From Octopus sinensis (lineage: Eukaryota), in NCBI RefSeq assembly GCF_006345805.1, contig NC_043001.1, positions 39,432,001-39,496,000 of the forward strand: a stretch of 64,000 bases of DNA, in the 5' to 3' direction. Positions 26,040 through 37,235 of the stretch are shown here, piece after piece. The position numbers and the translations under genes are program-made. The notes beneath the pieces are model-generated. The model did not search any database. It saw nothing but the letters and a program-made list of their open reading frames with translations, and had not been told where the DNA came from. The number at the start of each line of letters is the position of its first letter. The stretch's first letter is position 1.

Positions 26040-27090
26040 TCATATACACACACACACATACATCCACACATGCATGTATACATACATCCACACACACACA
26101 CATGCATACACGTCTCCATGTGTACCTATGTATATGTGCACACACACACACATATATATATACACACATATATATACATATATATATATATATATACATA
26201 CATATAAACATACACATACATACATGCACATATGTATACAAATATCTACACACACACAACCACACATATACACGCATACATACACACACATATGTATATA
26301 CATACATATACATATACACATACATGCATACATACATATATACACACACACATATGCACACACTTGTATATATATATAAGTACTTATATGAAGTTAATCC
26401 AAACAAGAAAGCACAAAAAAACACAACGCAAGGACGTGGAACAAATATAGTATTATTGGACGCTCAGGAAAGAAGGAGGGTTTAACGTTTCGAGCGGAGC
26501 TCTTCGTCAGAAACATAGGAGAAGGAAAGATCCAGAGAAGGGAAGACAGAGGAAAAAAAATCGCCAGTGGTACACACGCGGTCACATTTTGAATGACCGG
26601 AAGGAAATGGGTAAAGAAAATTTCTTTCAAAGACAGGAGAGTGGTAGAGGAGGAGGAATGTGTGTGTAAGTGTGGATATGTGCATGCGCAGAGGTCTGCG
26701 TGTGTGTGTGTGTGTATGTGTGTATGAGTGCAATGATAACACGTGTGTGTGTGTGTGTGTGTGTGTGCGTGTGTGTATATGTGTGTGGTTGTGGCTGTTA
26801 ATCTTTGCATGTTGTAGGGCTAGTAGTGTTTAAGGTCAAGGAAGAAGGAATTGGGAGTGGCTCCTTTTGTCTCTGTAGTAGGTACTGCAAGTTTGAAGTA
26901 TGTGTGTGTGTGCGTGTATGTATATGTATCGTGTGTGTGTTTTGTTTGTAGTGTGTGTGTATGTGTGTGTATGCGTAGAGTTTGGGTGTGTGGCGAATAA
27001 CTGTGCTTTACTTAGTGTACGTGTGCATGTGCGCTTGCACATGCGTATGTGTGTATACATGTACACATGCACACATACACACACACACAC
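26040..27090. repeat. Compound CA/TA/TG microsatellite field flanking the hammerhead-bearing insert
   Basis: Direct inspection. Confidence 0.9.
26480..26514 (-). ncRNA. Minimal type-I hammerhead ribozyme fold
   Basis: GUUU CUGACGA A GAGC-UCC-GCUC GAA ACGU U AAAC: stem I, conserved core, stem II and palindromic stem III are all present. Confidence 0.65.
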
Positions 27091-28238
27091 TACTCTTTAC
27101 TTTCCTCTTTCCTCTTGCTTCCCTTTCGTTCTCCACCTTTTTCTTTTTCCTTTTTCTTTTTTCTTTTCTTCTTTCTTCTTTTTCACACATGTATTTATAT
27201 TGTGTATTCTTTTATTATTTTTTATGTTGATTTTTATATTTCTTATTTTTTATTTTCTATCTGCAATTTTATTTTTTATTTGTATACTTGTAAGAAAAAT
27301 AAAAGCCTTTTTCTATACAAGCAACCTTCTAAACCACAGAATTTCAGTTTGAAAATGGATATCGAAGAGCTAGAAACTCATTAGAGTAACTGTAAACATT
27401 ATCATTAAAATAAAAACTATCCCCGCAAAAGCCATCTCAACTCATTTTATCAAATTTCTGTAGATTAAAATAGTTTTAATCTACAGTAATTTGCCGGCAG
27501 ATAAGTCATGTTTTTTAATTTTAAATTTATTCTAAACAATATCGACATATGTCTTTTATTAACTTTATACACTAACATGTATTTACATTTATTTACATTC
27601 TCCAAAATGAATTACTCATGTTCCCAATAATACTCAATTGGAATTTTTAATAATACTAATATCATTATATACATAGAGATTACATATAGTTTTTGTTTCT
27701 TTATATATATATATTTTTTATTCCTTATTATTTTCTTATTATTTTATTATCTTATTATTTTTTATTCATTATCATATCATGAGGTAAGTTAAAGTTTTAG
27801 TTTTAGGTTTTTTTAGGAATTTGACCTGAGGAGTGACTGATTTTGGGAGTAATATCATTTTTCCGTTCTAATGAACTTGGATAAGGTTTCTTATATGATT
27901 TTCTATAGTCCTAAGTCAGCATGAAACGTGCGTAGTCAATATATTAATACTTACTTTTATGCATTATATTTTGGATTAATTTTTTGTTTAATTTATACTT
28001 TATTGATTTTAGATTAATATTTTTATGATGAATGTTTTCTATGTATGATATTCGATTTTCTATAGTATATGACTCACAGCATGGTTTTGGATGGGTCCTT
28101 TACTGACTGAGTTGTGAAATGGTGGCTCATCTCTAAATTAGTTATATACATATATTATATATTATTTATTACGAATTTTGGTATAATATTATTATACTGA
28201 ATTTTACCTGTAAGGTTGGAATAATAATTTATTCCCTA

Positions 28239-28294
<56 letters not shown>

Positions 28295-28309
28295 TATTAG
28301 TCGCCATGA

Positions 28310-28485
28310 TAGATCGTTAGCCACTACACACATTTTTTTCTCTCCTTGTTTTTTCTGTGTCCCTTTCTGTAGAAGAGCGTAAGCTCAAAACATAAAAGAC
28401 TTTTTCTATTCCTGAGCATTATACTAATACATCTGTTTGTTTTGTACACCACCTGTCTTCGACTTTTGTTTTTTTCCTAAACTCT

Positions 28486-28490
<5 letters not shown>
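28310..28490 (+). mobile_element. ~180-bp TA-flanked interspersed element with degenerate hammerhead-like motif
   Basis: cttt-ctgtaga-a-gagc-gtaa-gctc-aaaacat-a-aaag followed by tcctgagc; same layout as 26380-26580. Confidence 0.45.
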
Positions 28491-28538
<48 letters not shown>

Positions 28539-28545
28539 ATGGGTA

Positions 28546-28692
28546 CAGCCATGGCTGTGTAGTTAGAGTTTGCTTAACAAATCAAGTTCTGGATTCAGTT
28601 TTACTACTTGGCAGCTTGAGCAAATGTCTTCTACTATAGCTCCAGGCTGGCCAAATCCTTGTTGAGGTATTGGTAGGTGGAAATAGAAAGAA
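28546..28692 (+). mobile_element. tRNA-derived SINE (decayed)
   Basis: catggctgtgtagttag ... ggattcag ... cttgagcaaatgtcttctactatagc ... ggtaggtggaaatagaaag. Confidence 0.65.
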
Positions 28693-28697
28693 ACCTA

Positions 28698-29232
28698 GGA
28701 TCTTTTCGGTTTGAATGGCAGTTTTTAACATAATTTTTTTTAGAAGTATATGTTTCAAACATAGGAGATCATGATTCCATACAAAAATTAAGGCTAGCGT
28801 TGGGGATTGGGTTTAGGATTTAATATTAGGGTTAGTATTGTAGTTTATATTTTAGGGATAAAATTAGGATTAGGATCTTAAGTTTTAAGGTAAGAGCTGA
28901 GGTTTAGAATTTAGCGTTAGGGTTTCGTGTTAGCATTTAGGATTACAATTTTGAGTTAGGGTAAGGGTTAGTTTAAACTGAAATAGAAAAGGGATTAAAA
29001 AAATTTTAATTTGTGTACAAATTTTTATAGAATTGAACTTGCGTATGTTTGGAATATAGAAATCAAACTATAGCCTTAAAAAAATAAAAATTAAAAGGTC
29101 TACAAAGTGTTCTTAGTCCGAAATTTCCTTGAGTGATTTTTTTCTTTGAAAATATTTACAAAAAGTTAGATAAAGAGCTTTGCAATGTTACTGTTAATTT
29201 TCTGAGTCAGGCAATGTTGGGTATTTCAGCTA
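28698..29232 (+). mobile_element. Chimeric DNA-element remnant with degenerate TTAGGG repeats
   Basis: The left end equals the TIR of 35402-35829; degenerate ttaggg array at ~28800-28970; the right end caggcaatgttgggtatttcagcta resembles the Helitron 3' end at 12970. Confidence 0.45.
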
Positions 29233-29304
29233 ATGTGTGTATATATAATTTTGAAAATGATATGAAATATAATGCTATTTATTAATTGTATTTATTATAC
29301 TTAC

Positions 29305-29346
29305 TGCTTGGTTCAGACAAAATAGTAGCATAACCGCCATCCACAT
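29305..29346 (-). CDS. Host-gene micro-exon (42 nt, phase 1-1), peptide (N)VDGGYATILSEPS
   Basis: Minus strand reads tttcattttcttttatgaAG|atgtggatggcggttatgctactattttgtctgaaccaagca|GTAAGT. Flanks resemble those of the 33151 exon. Confidence 0.72.
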
Positions 29347-29793
29347 CTTCATAAAAGAAAATGAAAAATGAATATATTTATTGCTTGTGTGTGTGGTGCA
29401 TAATATCTAAAACAAACTATTTCTAGGATAAAAATAGATTCTACAATCATATTTCCAAATTATATTTGGAAAATATGCTAATTTTTTGTTCATGTAACGT
29501 TTTTGTTTCACCATCATTAGTTAATGTTCACTTTCCATGCCAAACATGAGATGGATGGTTTGGTTGGATCTGGCAAGCTCCGAATTCAGCTCTTGCATAG
29601 TTTCTGCAGTTGGATGACATTCCCAACACCAGCTACTTTTCAGAGTATACTGTATATCTTTTTTTTTTTAATCATGTCACTGACACTATTGAGTTAGCTG
29701 GTTAACTTGCAAGACAGAAAAAGAACATGGAAAAAATGAAAAAGTAAAATCTCTCGCTACTAAGTAGAGAGTATTTGAGGTGTAGCTTGATTT

Positions 29794-29980
29794 CATCACC
29801 ATCATCATCATCATCATTGTTTAACGTCCACTTTCCATGCTAGCATGGGTTGGATTATTTTGACTGAGGACTGGCGAACCAGATGGCTGCACCAGGCTCC
29901 AATCTTGATCTGGCAGAGTTTCTACAGCTGGATGCCCTTCCTAACGCCAACTACTCCGAGAGTGTAGTGGGTGCTTCAGG
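29794..29980 (-). mobile_element. RTE LINE 3' tail
   Basis: catcatcat..gtttaacgtccactttccatgctagcatgggttgg... Confidence 0.85.
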
Positions 29981-30739
29981 TATTAAAAGGCTAAAATATA
30001 ATAGAGAAACAAGCACTGGTGTCTTTCTATAGAGGAAATATATGGCTACCCCATTTTAGAGGTGGGTTGGAGTAGCAGAGGTTAGGGTGATCTACCTATG
30101 TGCCAAGATCATTAAAATCGGTTGGACGGTGTGGGAGGAGTTAGAGTAACCCCAAACACACACACACACACAGACACCATTACACATTTATGTATATGTA
30201 TGTGTGTATGTATGTATGTATGTATGTATGTATGTACGTATGTATGTATGTATGTATGTATGTATGCATGTAAGTCTGTGTATGCATGTATGTATATGTG
30301 TGTATATGTATACATGTATGTGTGTACGTTTGAATGTATTCTACATATTCATATGTTTGGGTGGGTGTGTTTTGGCGTTTGTGTTTTGTCTCTGTGTGTG
30401 TGTGTACCTCTGTCTCCTTGTGTGTGCATGTCTGAGTGTGTATGTGTGTGTGTATGTGTGTGTCCATATGTGTGAACGTGTGTCTCCATATGTGTCCTTG
30501 TGTGAAGTGAAGTGTGTGTGTGTGTGTGTATAAGGTCGTGCATTTCAGTCTTCATTTGCGTATGTGTGTGTATGTGTGCTTGTCTGTTCATATTACCTAT
30601 GTACCTATCCGTCAGTATGTCTATCTGTTTACTTTCATATCCATTTACCTACATACATGTGCATACACACACACACATACATACATCTACATAACAGCCC
30701 ACTAACTACCTGTATATAAATATAAACTGTAGGTATAGG

Positions 30740-31075
30740 GGTATGATTATCTACTACGTATATTTCCTATTTAGTACAGGGGATGTTTCATTTATGAGAA
30801 CGTACTCTGTATTTGTCTGAGTGTTGGGTCCTTCAGGTGCTTGGATAAAATGCAGCTGTCAAGTTGATCCAGGTTGCCTCTATGTTGGTCCTTGACATGT
30901 TGGTGGAGTATGGAGGACTATTTTTTGTCATCATATTGTCTCAAATGTTCATTTAGTCTTTATACAATGCTCCTAGATGTCTTCCCTATACATGTCATGT
31001 TCATGTCTTTATAAGCACCTTCTACGCATCTTATTCCGTAGACTACATTTCTAGTTTGCCACTACTTTCCTTAGG
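30740..31075 (-). mobile_element. Penelope-like GIY-YIG endonuclease remnant
   Basis: Minus: TRNVVYGIRC..MTCIGKTSRSIV*RLNEHLRQY...SSILHQHV. Confidence 0.65.
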
Positions 31076-31489
31076 TAAATCAACACTCACTGCACTGTTG
31101 CAAATATAATAACATCATGATTTTATTCACAGCATTACTGTTTCATATGCATATGGTCTGCTACAACAAAGTTAGAATGCATAAAAATGTGTCCATTCAT
31201 TACGAATTACGATTTCTACCCTTATATAGTATTTTTTTGAAACTTTTAGGGCAACGCAAAAAAAAAATCCTGCCCCCCCCCCCCGGTTCAGTTAATACAA
31301 AAGAATAAAGTCCCACAGTTATTTTAAAATCAGTCTCTTTTGTTATTTCCATGAATGAACATGTAACATATATTGTATAATGGTATATACATGATTCTTT
31401 TGTAGAACCAAGGTGAGGCCTTAGACCAATGTAAAATTATGCATGCCAGGAAAATCTTTTATTTCAATAAAAGTTGAGCAGAGGTCAAG

Positions 31490-31990
31490 CAAACTGACTC
31501 AGAAGGTTCATTCGATATGGTGGTGAGAGCCTCTGACAGTGATAACATATGTGAGCTTATTGATTCTAGACACACAAGAAAATCCCCTTTGGTCTATAGA
31601 GGGCTGATGCTTTGGTGTTATGAAAAGGGGCAAATGGACACAACTTCAATAGGTTCAGGAAAGACTTTTCCCTGCTCTTAATTCCCTTGAGCTCAAAATT
31701 ACTATAGAGACAAATTTGAAAATAATTAATTTCCTAGGTGTGACATTACACCTGGACAAATTCTCTTGAACTCTTCCAGAAAGCAACTACAAAACTGACT
31801 TATATTAACACAACTTCCTGCCACCCAGCCATAGTTAACAAAAACCATATGAAGGGTGTTTGCAGAAGGATCTTCATCACAATTTCCTGTAAGATCTTTG
31901 ACAAGGCAGTCCTATATTATAACGAAGCCTTGATTACTAACAGTTTCAAGGATAGCATCAGAATAGCCTGACTCATGTCTTCATTAGATT
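31490..31990 (+). mobile_element. Penelope-like RT remnant
   Basis: FDMVVRASDSDNICEL, GLYRADAL and NFLGVTLHLD segments, heavily decayed. Confidence 0.6.
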
Positions 31991-32571
31991 AATGAAAATT
32001 TTCCACAGATGCATAAGCACAGAAAAATTTTCAACACACACACGTTGAGGGTTTCTTTAAGTTGTACACAAACAAAAAGCAAATTTTAGTAAAGCAATCC
32101 AAACCAAACACAGGAGCAGGTTGCTCATGTGGAGATAATGCCACATTCCCTCTCCCCTACACTCTATATCACAACATTGCTCCCCACTTCACACTTCCAT
32201 ACACAATTGAAGCTAGCCTATGGGGCAATGCCTAAAAAGATCAGTCCAAGGAATATAATTCTAATGTGGCTGAAGGCTAAATTTGCTTTTTGACTGTGTG
32301 ATTTCCATCATGCTTTGATTTTTTTTTCCCAACATCTCTATAACACTTTGACAGATATTGTTATTTAAATATTCAGTTGGAAAGATCACAAGCTATACTT
32401 TTCCATGTCTAATGTGTAATGAGTATAAAATTATTCGTTTTAATGTAGAAATTTTGTTGTGAAATTATTGAGTAACACAAACTGGCTATTATAAGACAAA
32501 ATTAGTAACACGGAATACAAAATATACAATTATGCTCTTCTTTTCTGACTTATAGAAACTCCTTGGAAAGT

Positions 32572-32611
<40 letters not shown>

Positions 32612-32811
32612 TAGATAGATAGATAGATAGATAGAGAGATAGAGGAAGATATATTCAGACATGCATATACATATATATATACACACACATATATACATGC
32701 ACATGCATACACACATATATACATGCATGCAAGTATACATTCATTCATACATACACACATACATACATGCATACATACATACATACATACATACATACAT
32801 ACATACATACA

Positions 32812-32842
<31 letters not shown>

Positions 32843-32870
32843 GTATAAAATAATATCAAATATAAAACTA

Positions 32871-33065
32871 AGGAGGCAGGCTGCCAGAAGCTTTAGCATG
32901 CCAGGCAAAATGTTTAGCAGCATTTTGTCTGTCTTCATGTTCTGAGTTCAAATTCTGCTCAGGTCAACTTGGCCTTTCACTCCTCCAGGGTTTTAAAAAA
33001 AGTACAGGTTGAGTAATGGAGTCGATGAAATTGAATTTCCTCTCCCCTGAAATTACTAACCTTCT
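32871..33065 (+). mobile_element. tRNA-derived SINE (second family)
   Basis: ggcaggctgccagaagctttagcatgccaggc...gttctgagttcaaattc...gcctttca; reverse copy at 39945-40152. Confidence 0.65.
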
Positions 33066-33150
33066 ACCAATGTTCATGGTAGAAGGTTAGTAATTTTAAA
33101 ACCAATATCAAATATAAAGCTATTTATTATTTGGTGTTAATTATACTTAC

Positions 33151-33192
33151 TGTCAAGTGTTTCTGAAATACTTGCATAATAATCTTCAGTGC
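33151..33192 (-). CDS. Host-gene micro-exon (42 nt, phase 1-1), peptide (S)TEDYYASISETLD
   Basis: Minus strand reads ttttccatttcttttcttaaAG|gcactgaagattattatgcaagtatttcagaaacacttgaca|GTAAGT. Pyrimidine tract, length divisible by 3, no stop, and paralogous to the other tyrosine-motif exons. Confidence 0.72.
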
Positions 33193-33399
33193 CTTTAAGA
33201 AAAGAAATGGAAAATGAAAATTTATTATTTCAGTGTGTAGTAAATGATTTCTAGCATTTCATGTGTGTGTGTTTGTAATAGGTATGTACAATAAGTGCTT
33301 GGGCTAGTTTACCACTAAACTTCTAACTTGAACTGTGACTAAAACAAAAAGAAAGCAAAAACAATATGCTTTCACAGTTCTATATTTAAGAGATGAGGA

Positions 33400-33537
33400 A
33401 TTATTTACATTTGATGGATATTTGTCCTCATCTTGTTTGTTGTTAACATGTTTCGGCTGATATACCCTCCAGCCTTCATCAGGTGTCTTGGGGAAATTTT
33501 GAACTTGGGTTCTCATTCCTAAGGTATTTTTCGATGC

Positions 33538-33575
<38 letters not shown>

Positions 33576-33836
33576 TCACTGCTCATGGGCATATGGCATA
33601 GTGGTTAAGAGCGCAGGCTACTAACCCCAAGATTCCGAGTTCAATTCCAAGTAGTGACCTAAATAATAATAATAATGATAATAACAACAACAACAACAAC
33701 ATCGAAAAATACCTTAGGAATGAGAACCCAGGTTCGAAATTTCCCCAAGACACCTGATGAAAGCTGGAGGGTATATCAGCCAAAACGTGTTAACAACAAA
33801 CAAGATGAGGACAAATATCTGTCAAATGAAAATAAT
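33400..33836. mobile_element. Foldback element: tRNA-like head (33587-33659) between ~180-bp inverted arms with hammerhead-like core
   Basis: 33400-33580 is the reverse complement of 33653-33836. The head has TGGCATAGTGGT and GAGTTCAATTCC boxes; the left arm (minus strand) has CTGATGA-stem-GAAAC. Confidence 0.7.
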
Positions 33837-34379
33837 GTAAATAATATGCCTTCACCATACCAGAATAGTCTCTATCTACTCCTTAGTATTCATGACTCTC
33901 TTTCTTTGATACTGTCCTGTATTCCCCATAAGCCTTCCACTATAAATCTACCTCATTCTGTCTTCAATGATCAAACTGGCAACTACTAATATCTTTCATT
34001 AAAGATACTCTTTAATTCTTTGATGATAGAATTGGTAAATATTAATATCCTTTATGAAGGATATTACTTAGTCCTTCCTCTCTGAAGACCCAAAGTGGAG
34101 AAGGGAAGGTGTTAAAATATATAAAAGTATTTTAAATTCTCTTATGTATTTTAACACCTTCTCTTCTTCATTTTATCAAAATTGTTGAGTTTTATGGGAT
34201 TTCTTTCCATAAATTCACAACACACCATAGACAAGTATTATTTTCATATTCACAATTTTACACCAGTAAGCTACTAGCAAAAATATGAAGAATCTATATT
34301 AGAAATCTTTTTTTGAGACCTCCAAATTAAAGGATGAATCTAATTCAACCTTTTTACATATACATTTATATATACATAT

Positions 34380-36470
34380 TTATTTGTTTTTAATATCCAA
34401 GTCCTTATTATTGTTCTTCGTGTTGGGGTCAGCTAGGTTATCTCTATTGGTTTCATTACTTCTAAGTTTAAGTCTATTATTGGCTGTGATGATAGATCCA
34501 AGATTGTTTGTGGTAGAATAAGATAATTTAAGACACAATCTATTAAACATAGAATTGTATCTATGGCCAGGTGGGAAGTTCCTATCGATAATGCTTAAAA
34601 AGAGGTTTCTTATCTGGAGGGAGAAGTGGGGTGTAAACCATACAATTTTTCGTTTCCTCCCAGAATGGTTCCTATTCTGCTCCATATCGTTATTGCTATA
34701 CTTGAAAAATCTATAGTGTCTTCTAAAGTGTTGTTGGTTTCTATATTCGGTGGGTTGTTTATAGGATGTGTGTCAATGTTAGAATTTGTAATATTTGGAA
34801 ACTGTTTGCCTAATATAGTATATTTTACTGTCAAAATCAGTATTTTAATGCTGTATTATAAAGGGGTGCTAACTTGTTAAACATATTTTCATTTGCAGAT
34901 AAATTAGATATTCTTATTGACACACCTCTAATTATTCCCTTAATGACACTTTGGGGATGATTGATAAGGTGTGGATATACTTAATAGTTTTGTTAGGCTT
35001 TCCAAATTTAATGTTACATCCAATATGTTAACACATTTAGAGACATTTTCAAATATGATATCTAATTTGTATAATTTAATAAATTTCACTAATTTTTTCC
35101 TAATTCTATCAGTTGATTGTGCAGAGGATTCAGATATGGCAACTAAGGCATCATCTCTATATAGGCCTCCACTAATATTAGGGAGTTTTTCCCTAATTTT
35201 AGAGATTAGAAATAGTCCAGCAATATCTGTGACCTGGGCAGAATCCAAACTTCCCATTGTAACATCAAAGTCATCGTGAAGGTCAGATTGGGAGCATGTT
35301 CTATTTTTGAAGGATATCAGTATTTTCCTTGTGGTAAATATGATATTTTTCTCCAAAGGCATGATACTAGTAAATTTCTTTACAAATTTAATACTTTTGT
35401 CGGATCTTTTTGGTTTGAATGGCAGTTTTTTCTAGCAGTGTCATATGAAATTGTCACCCATAATTATGACCTTAGTATCGATCTATTGCATTTCAATCTG
35501 TTTTAGGGTTAGTTAGGGTTAGGGTTAGGGGTGGGGTGAAGGGTATCTTTTTTTCTTCTCAAATGTAAATAAACCCAATCTGTTTCTTAAACGAGGGACA
35601 TATTCATACTGCACAGAATGTTTTTTTTATCTCAATAGACGTCATTGATTGGTTGAAATTGCAGAAATTGAAGGAAAAAACAACAAATATCTTACAAACT
35701 ATAGAATTTTCTCAATAAAGCCAAGAGAAAAAGATGTTTTATAAACACATTCTACCAGTATACGAAGTTTAAAATTTTTTAGTTACCTAGAAATAATGTT
35801 AAAAACTGCCGTTCAAACCGAAAAGATCCCTTTTGTCTAGTAAATCAGGTTTAATGGACTGGTAGTAATTACTAATGTCAAATTGAATAAAGCAGGTTTT
35901 CTTTTTGTTATTTGAAGAGCAGAACCAAGTTATGACATCTCCCGTGAATACCCAAAGTGGGAGGTTCATGTTCCTTTTAATATGAGGGATAATTCTATTG
36001 ATGATAGATTTACTAACTCTGTCCAGATCCAGTTTGGTTGGGCAGATTAGTCTAACAGTTGGTTTGCTCTCGAAGTTGGCTTTGTGGTCCTTAAAGGTGA
36101 AGTGTGGGATTTTAGGGGCATAGGGTTCAATTCTATCTAGTAGTTTTAGCTCTTTAATTAAATCGAAATGTTTCTTATTAATTTCATTCAATCTATTACT
36201 AGCCACTATTTTATATTTAGAGTTCAATTCCTTCAAAATAAAGTTATTATAGGCGTCAGTAGGTAGTGAATATAGTTTTCCCATTTTATGAGAGAGAACA
36301 TGTATGTTATCAGAATTTTTAATTTGAGAAATAATGTCAGTTAATTTCTTTTGGATGTGGTTTGTGGTTCAAGAGAATTTAAGTTTTTTCACCAGGTTAA
36401 TGAGGTATTTCTCCAGTTTCAATAGTGCAGGATTGAAAGGGGGGGTGGTCTGTAGGTTTTCATGTTATAA
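34380..36470 (-). mobile_element. Penelope-like element RT, interrupted by a TIR element
   Basis: PTVRLICPTK, FIQFDISNYYQSI, FDVTMGSLDSAQVTD, GGLYRDDAL, VNILDVTLNL and KIVWFTPHFS segments. Confidence 0.88.
35402..35829. mobile_element. 428-bp non-autonomous DNA transposon, GG-terminated TIRs and 8-bp TSD (Merlin-like)
   Basis: TSD CTTTTGTC at 35394-35401 and 35830-35837; ~28-bp TIRs ggatctttttggtttgaatggcagtttt / aaaactgccgttcaaaccgaaaagatcc; internal (TTAGGG)n. Confidence 0.8.
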
Positions 36471-36574
36471 TTATATATATATATATATATGCCAGTCCCC
36501 AGTCAAACTGCCCAACCCATGCCGGTATGGAAAACGATGATGATAATGATGATATATATATATATATATATATA

Positions 36575-37235
36575 TACATTTATACTGTAGATGTCATCAA
36601 ACATTCTACATTGAAGATCATTGCAGATGATTCCCAACTCCAGAAAGCCATAAACGGCATGTGAGACTGAACATGCCTTCAGTCAGATCTGTTTGCTATT
36701 GTCCAATGGGTGGGAAAAAAAGCAATATGCTTTTAAAGGAAGATAAGTTTGATTTGATCCACTTTGGAAAAGAGGAAACTCTGAAATTACCATATGCTCT
36801 TCCCTCAGGCGACTCCCCAGTGTCATCCAACAACACCAGAGACCTTGGAGTAATTGTTGATAACAATCTAAGCTGTAGTTCCCACGTAAACAGCAAAGTT
36901 GACTTGGCCCACAAGATGTACTCCTGGATTCTGAGAACTTTCTGGTCTAGAGATGCCTACATTCATCATCTTTCTCTACTCTACTTTTGCCCAACCCCAC
37001 CTTGAATACTGTTGCCCAGTGTGGTCCTCCCATACGAAATAACTCATTATGAAAGTAGAAGCACTCCAAAGGTCAATAACAAGAAAGATAGACAGCATGA
37101 AAAGCATTGATTATTGGGGTCAACTAAAAAAAAAACTCTATCTCTACTCTCTCCAATGCCGCTGGGAGTGCTACATGATTTGTGTTATGTGGAAAATATT
37201 CCATCAATATTGCACAAACATCATTCATATGTATA
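36575..37235 (+). mobile_element. CR1-group LINE RT C-terminal remnant
   Basis: IADDSQL, RDLGVIVDNNLS, ILRTF, LEYCCPVWSP and VEALQRSITRKI segments. Confidence 0.8.

Noticed and set aside
25988-27352. His/Thr/Ile/Tyr- and Val/Cys/Met-rich ORFs (also at 30112-30705, 32530-32945, 39426-39957, 43411-43688, 52061-52408)
   Set aside because: Translations of CA/TA/TG microsatellites, open in many frames on both strands.
31091-31160. Extra tyrosine-motif exon (RPYAYETVML*) with GTGAGT donor
   Set aside because: The phase-1 reading hits a stop and the motif frame needs phase-2 entry, incompatible with the neighbouring exons; unsupported without RNA data.
33587-33659. Functional tRNA gene
   Set aside because: A and B boxes are present, but the acceptor stem and cloverleaf are incomplete and it is fused to a repeat body; it is a SINE head.
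35505-35535. Telomere or fusion scar
   Set aside because: Only a few TTAGGG units, lying inside a TIR element with an exact TSD.
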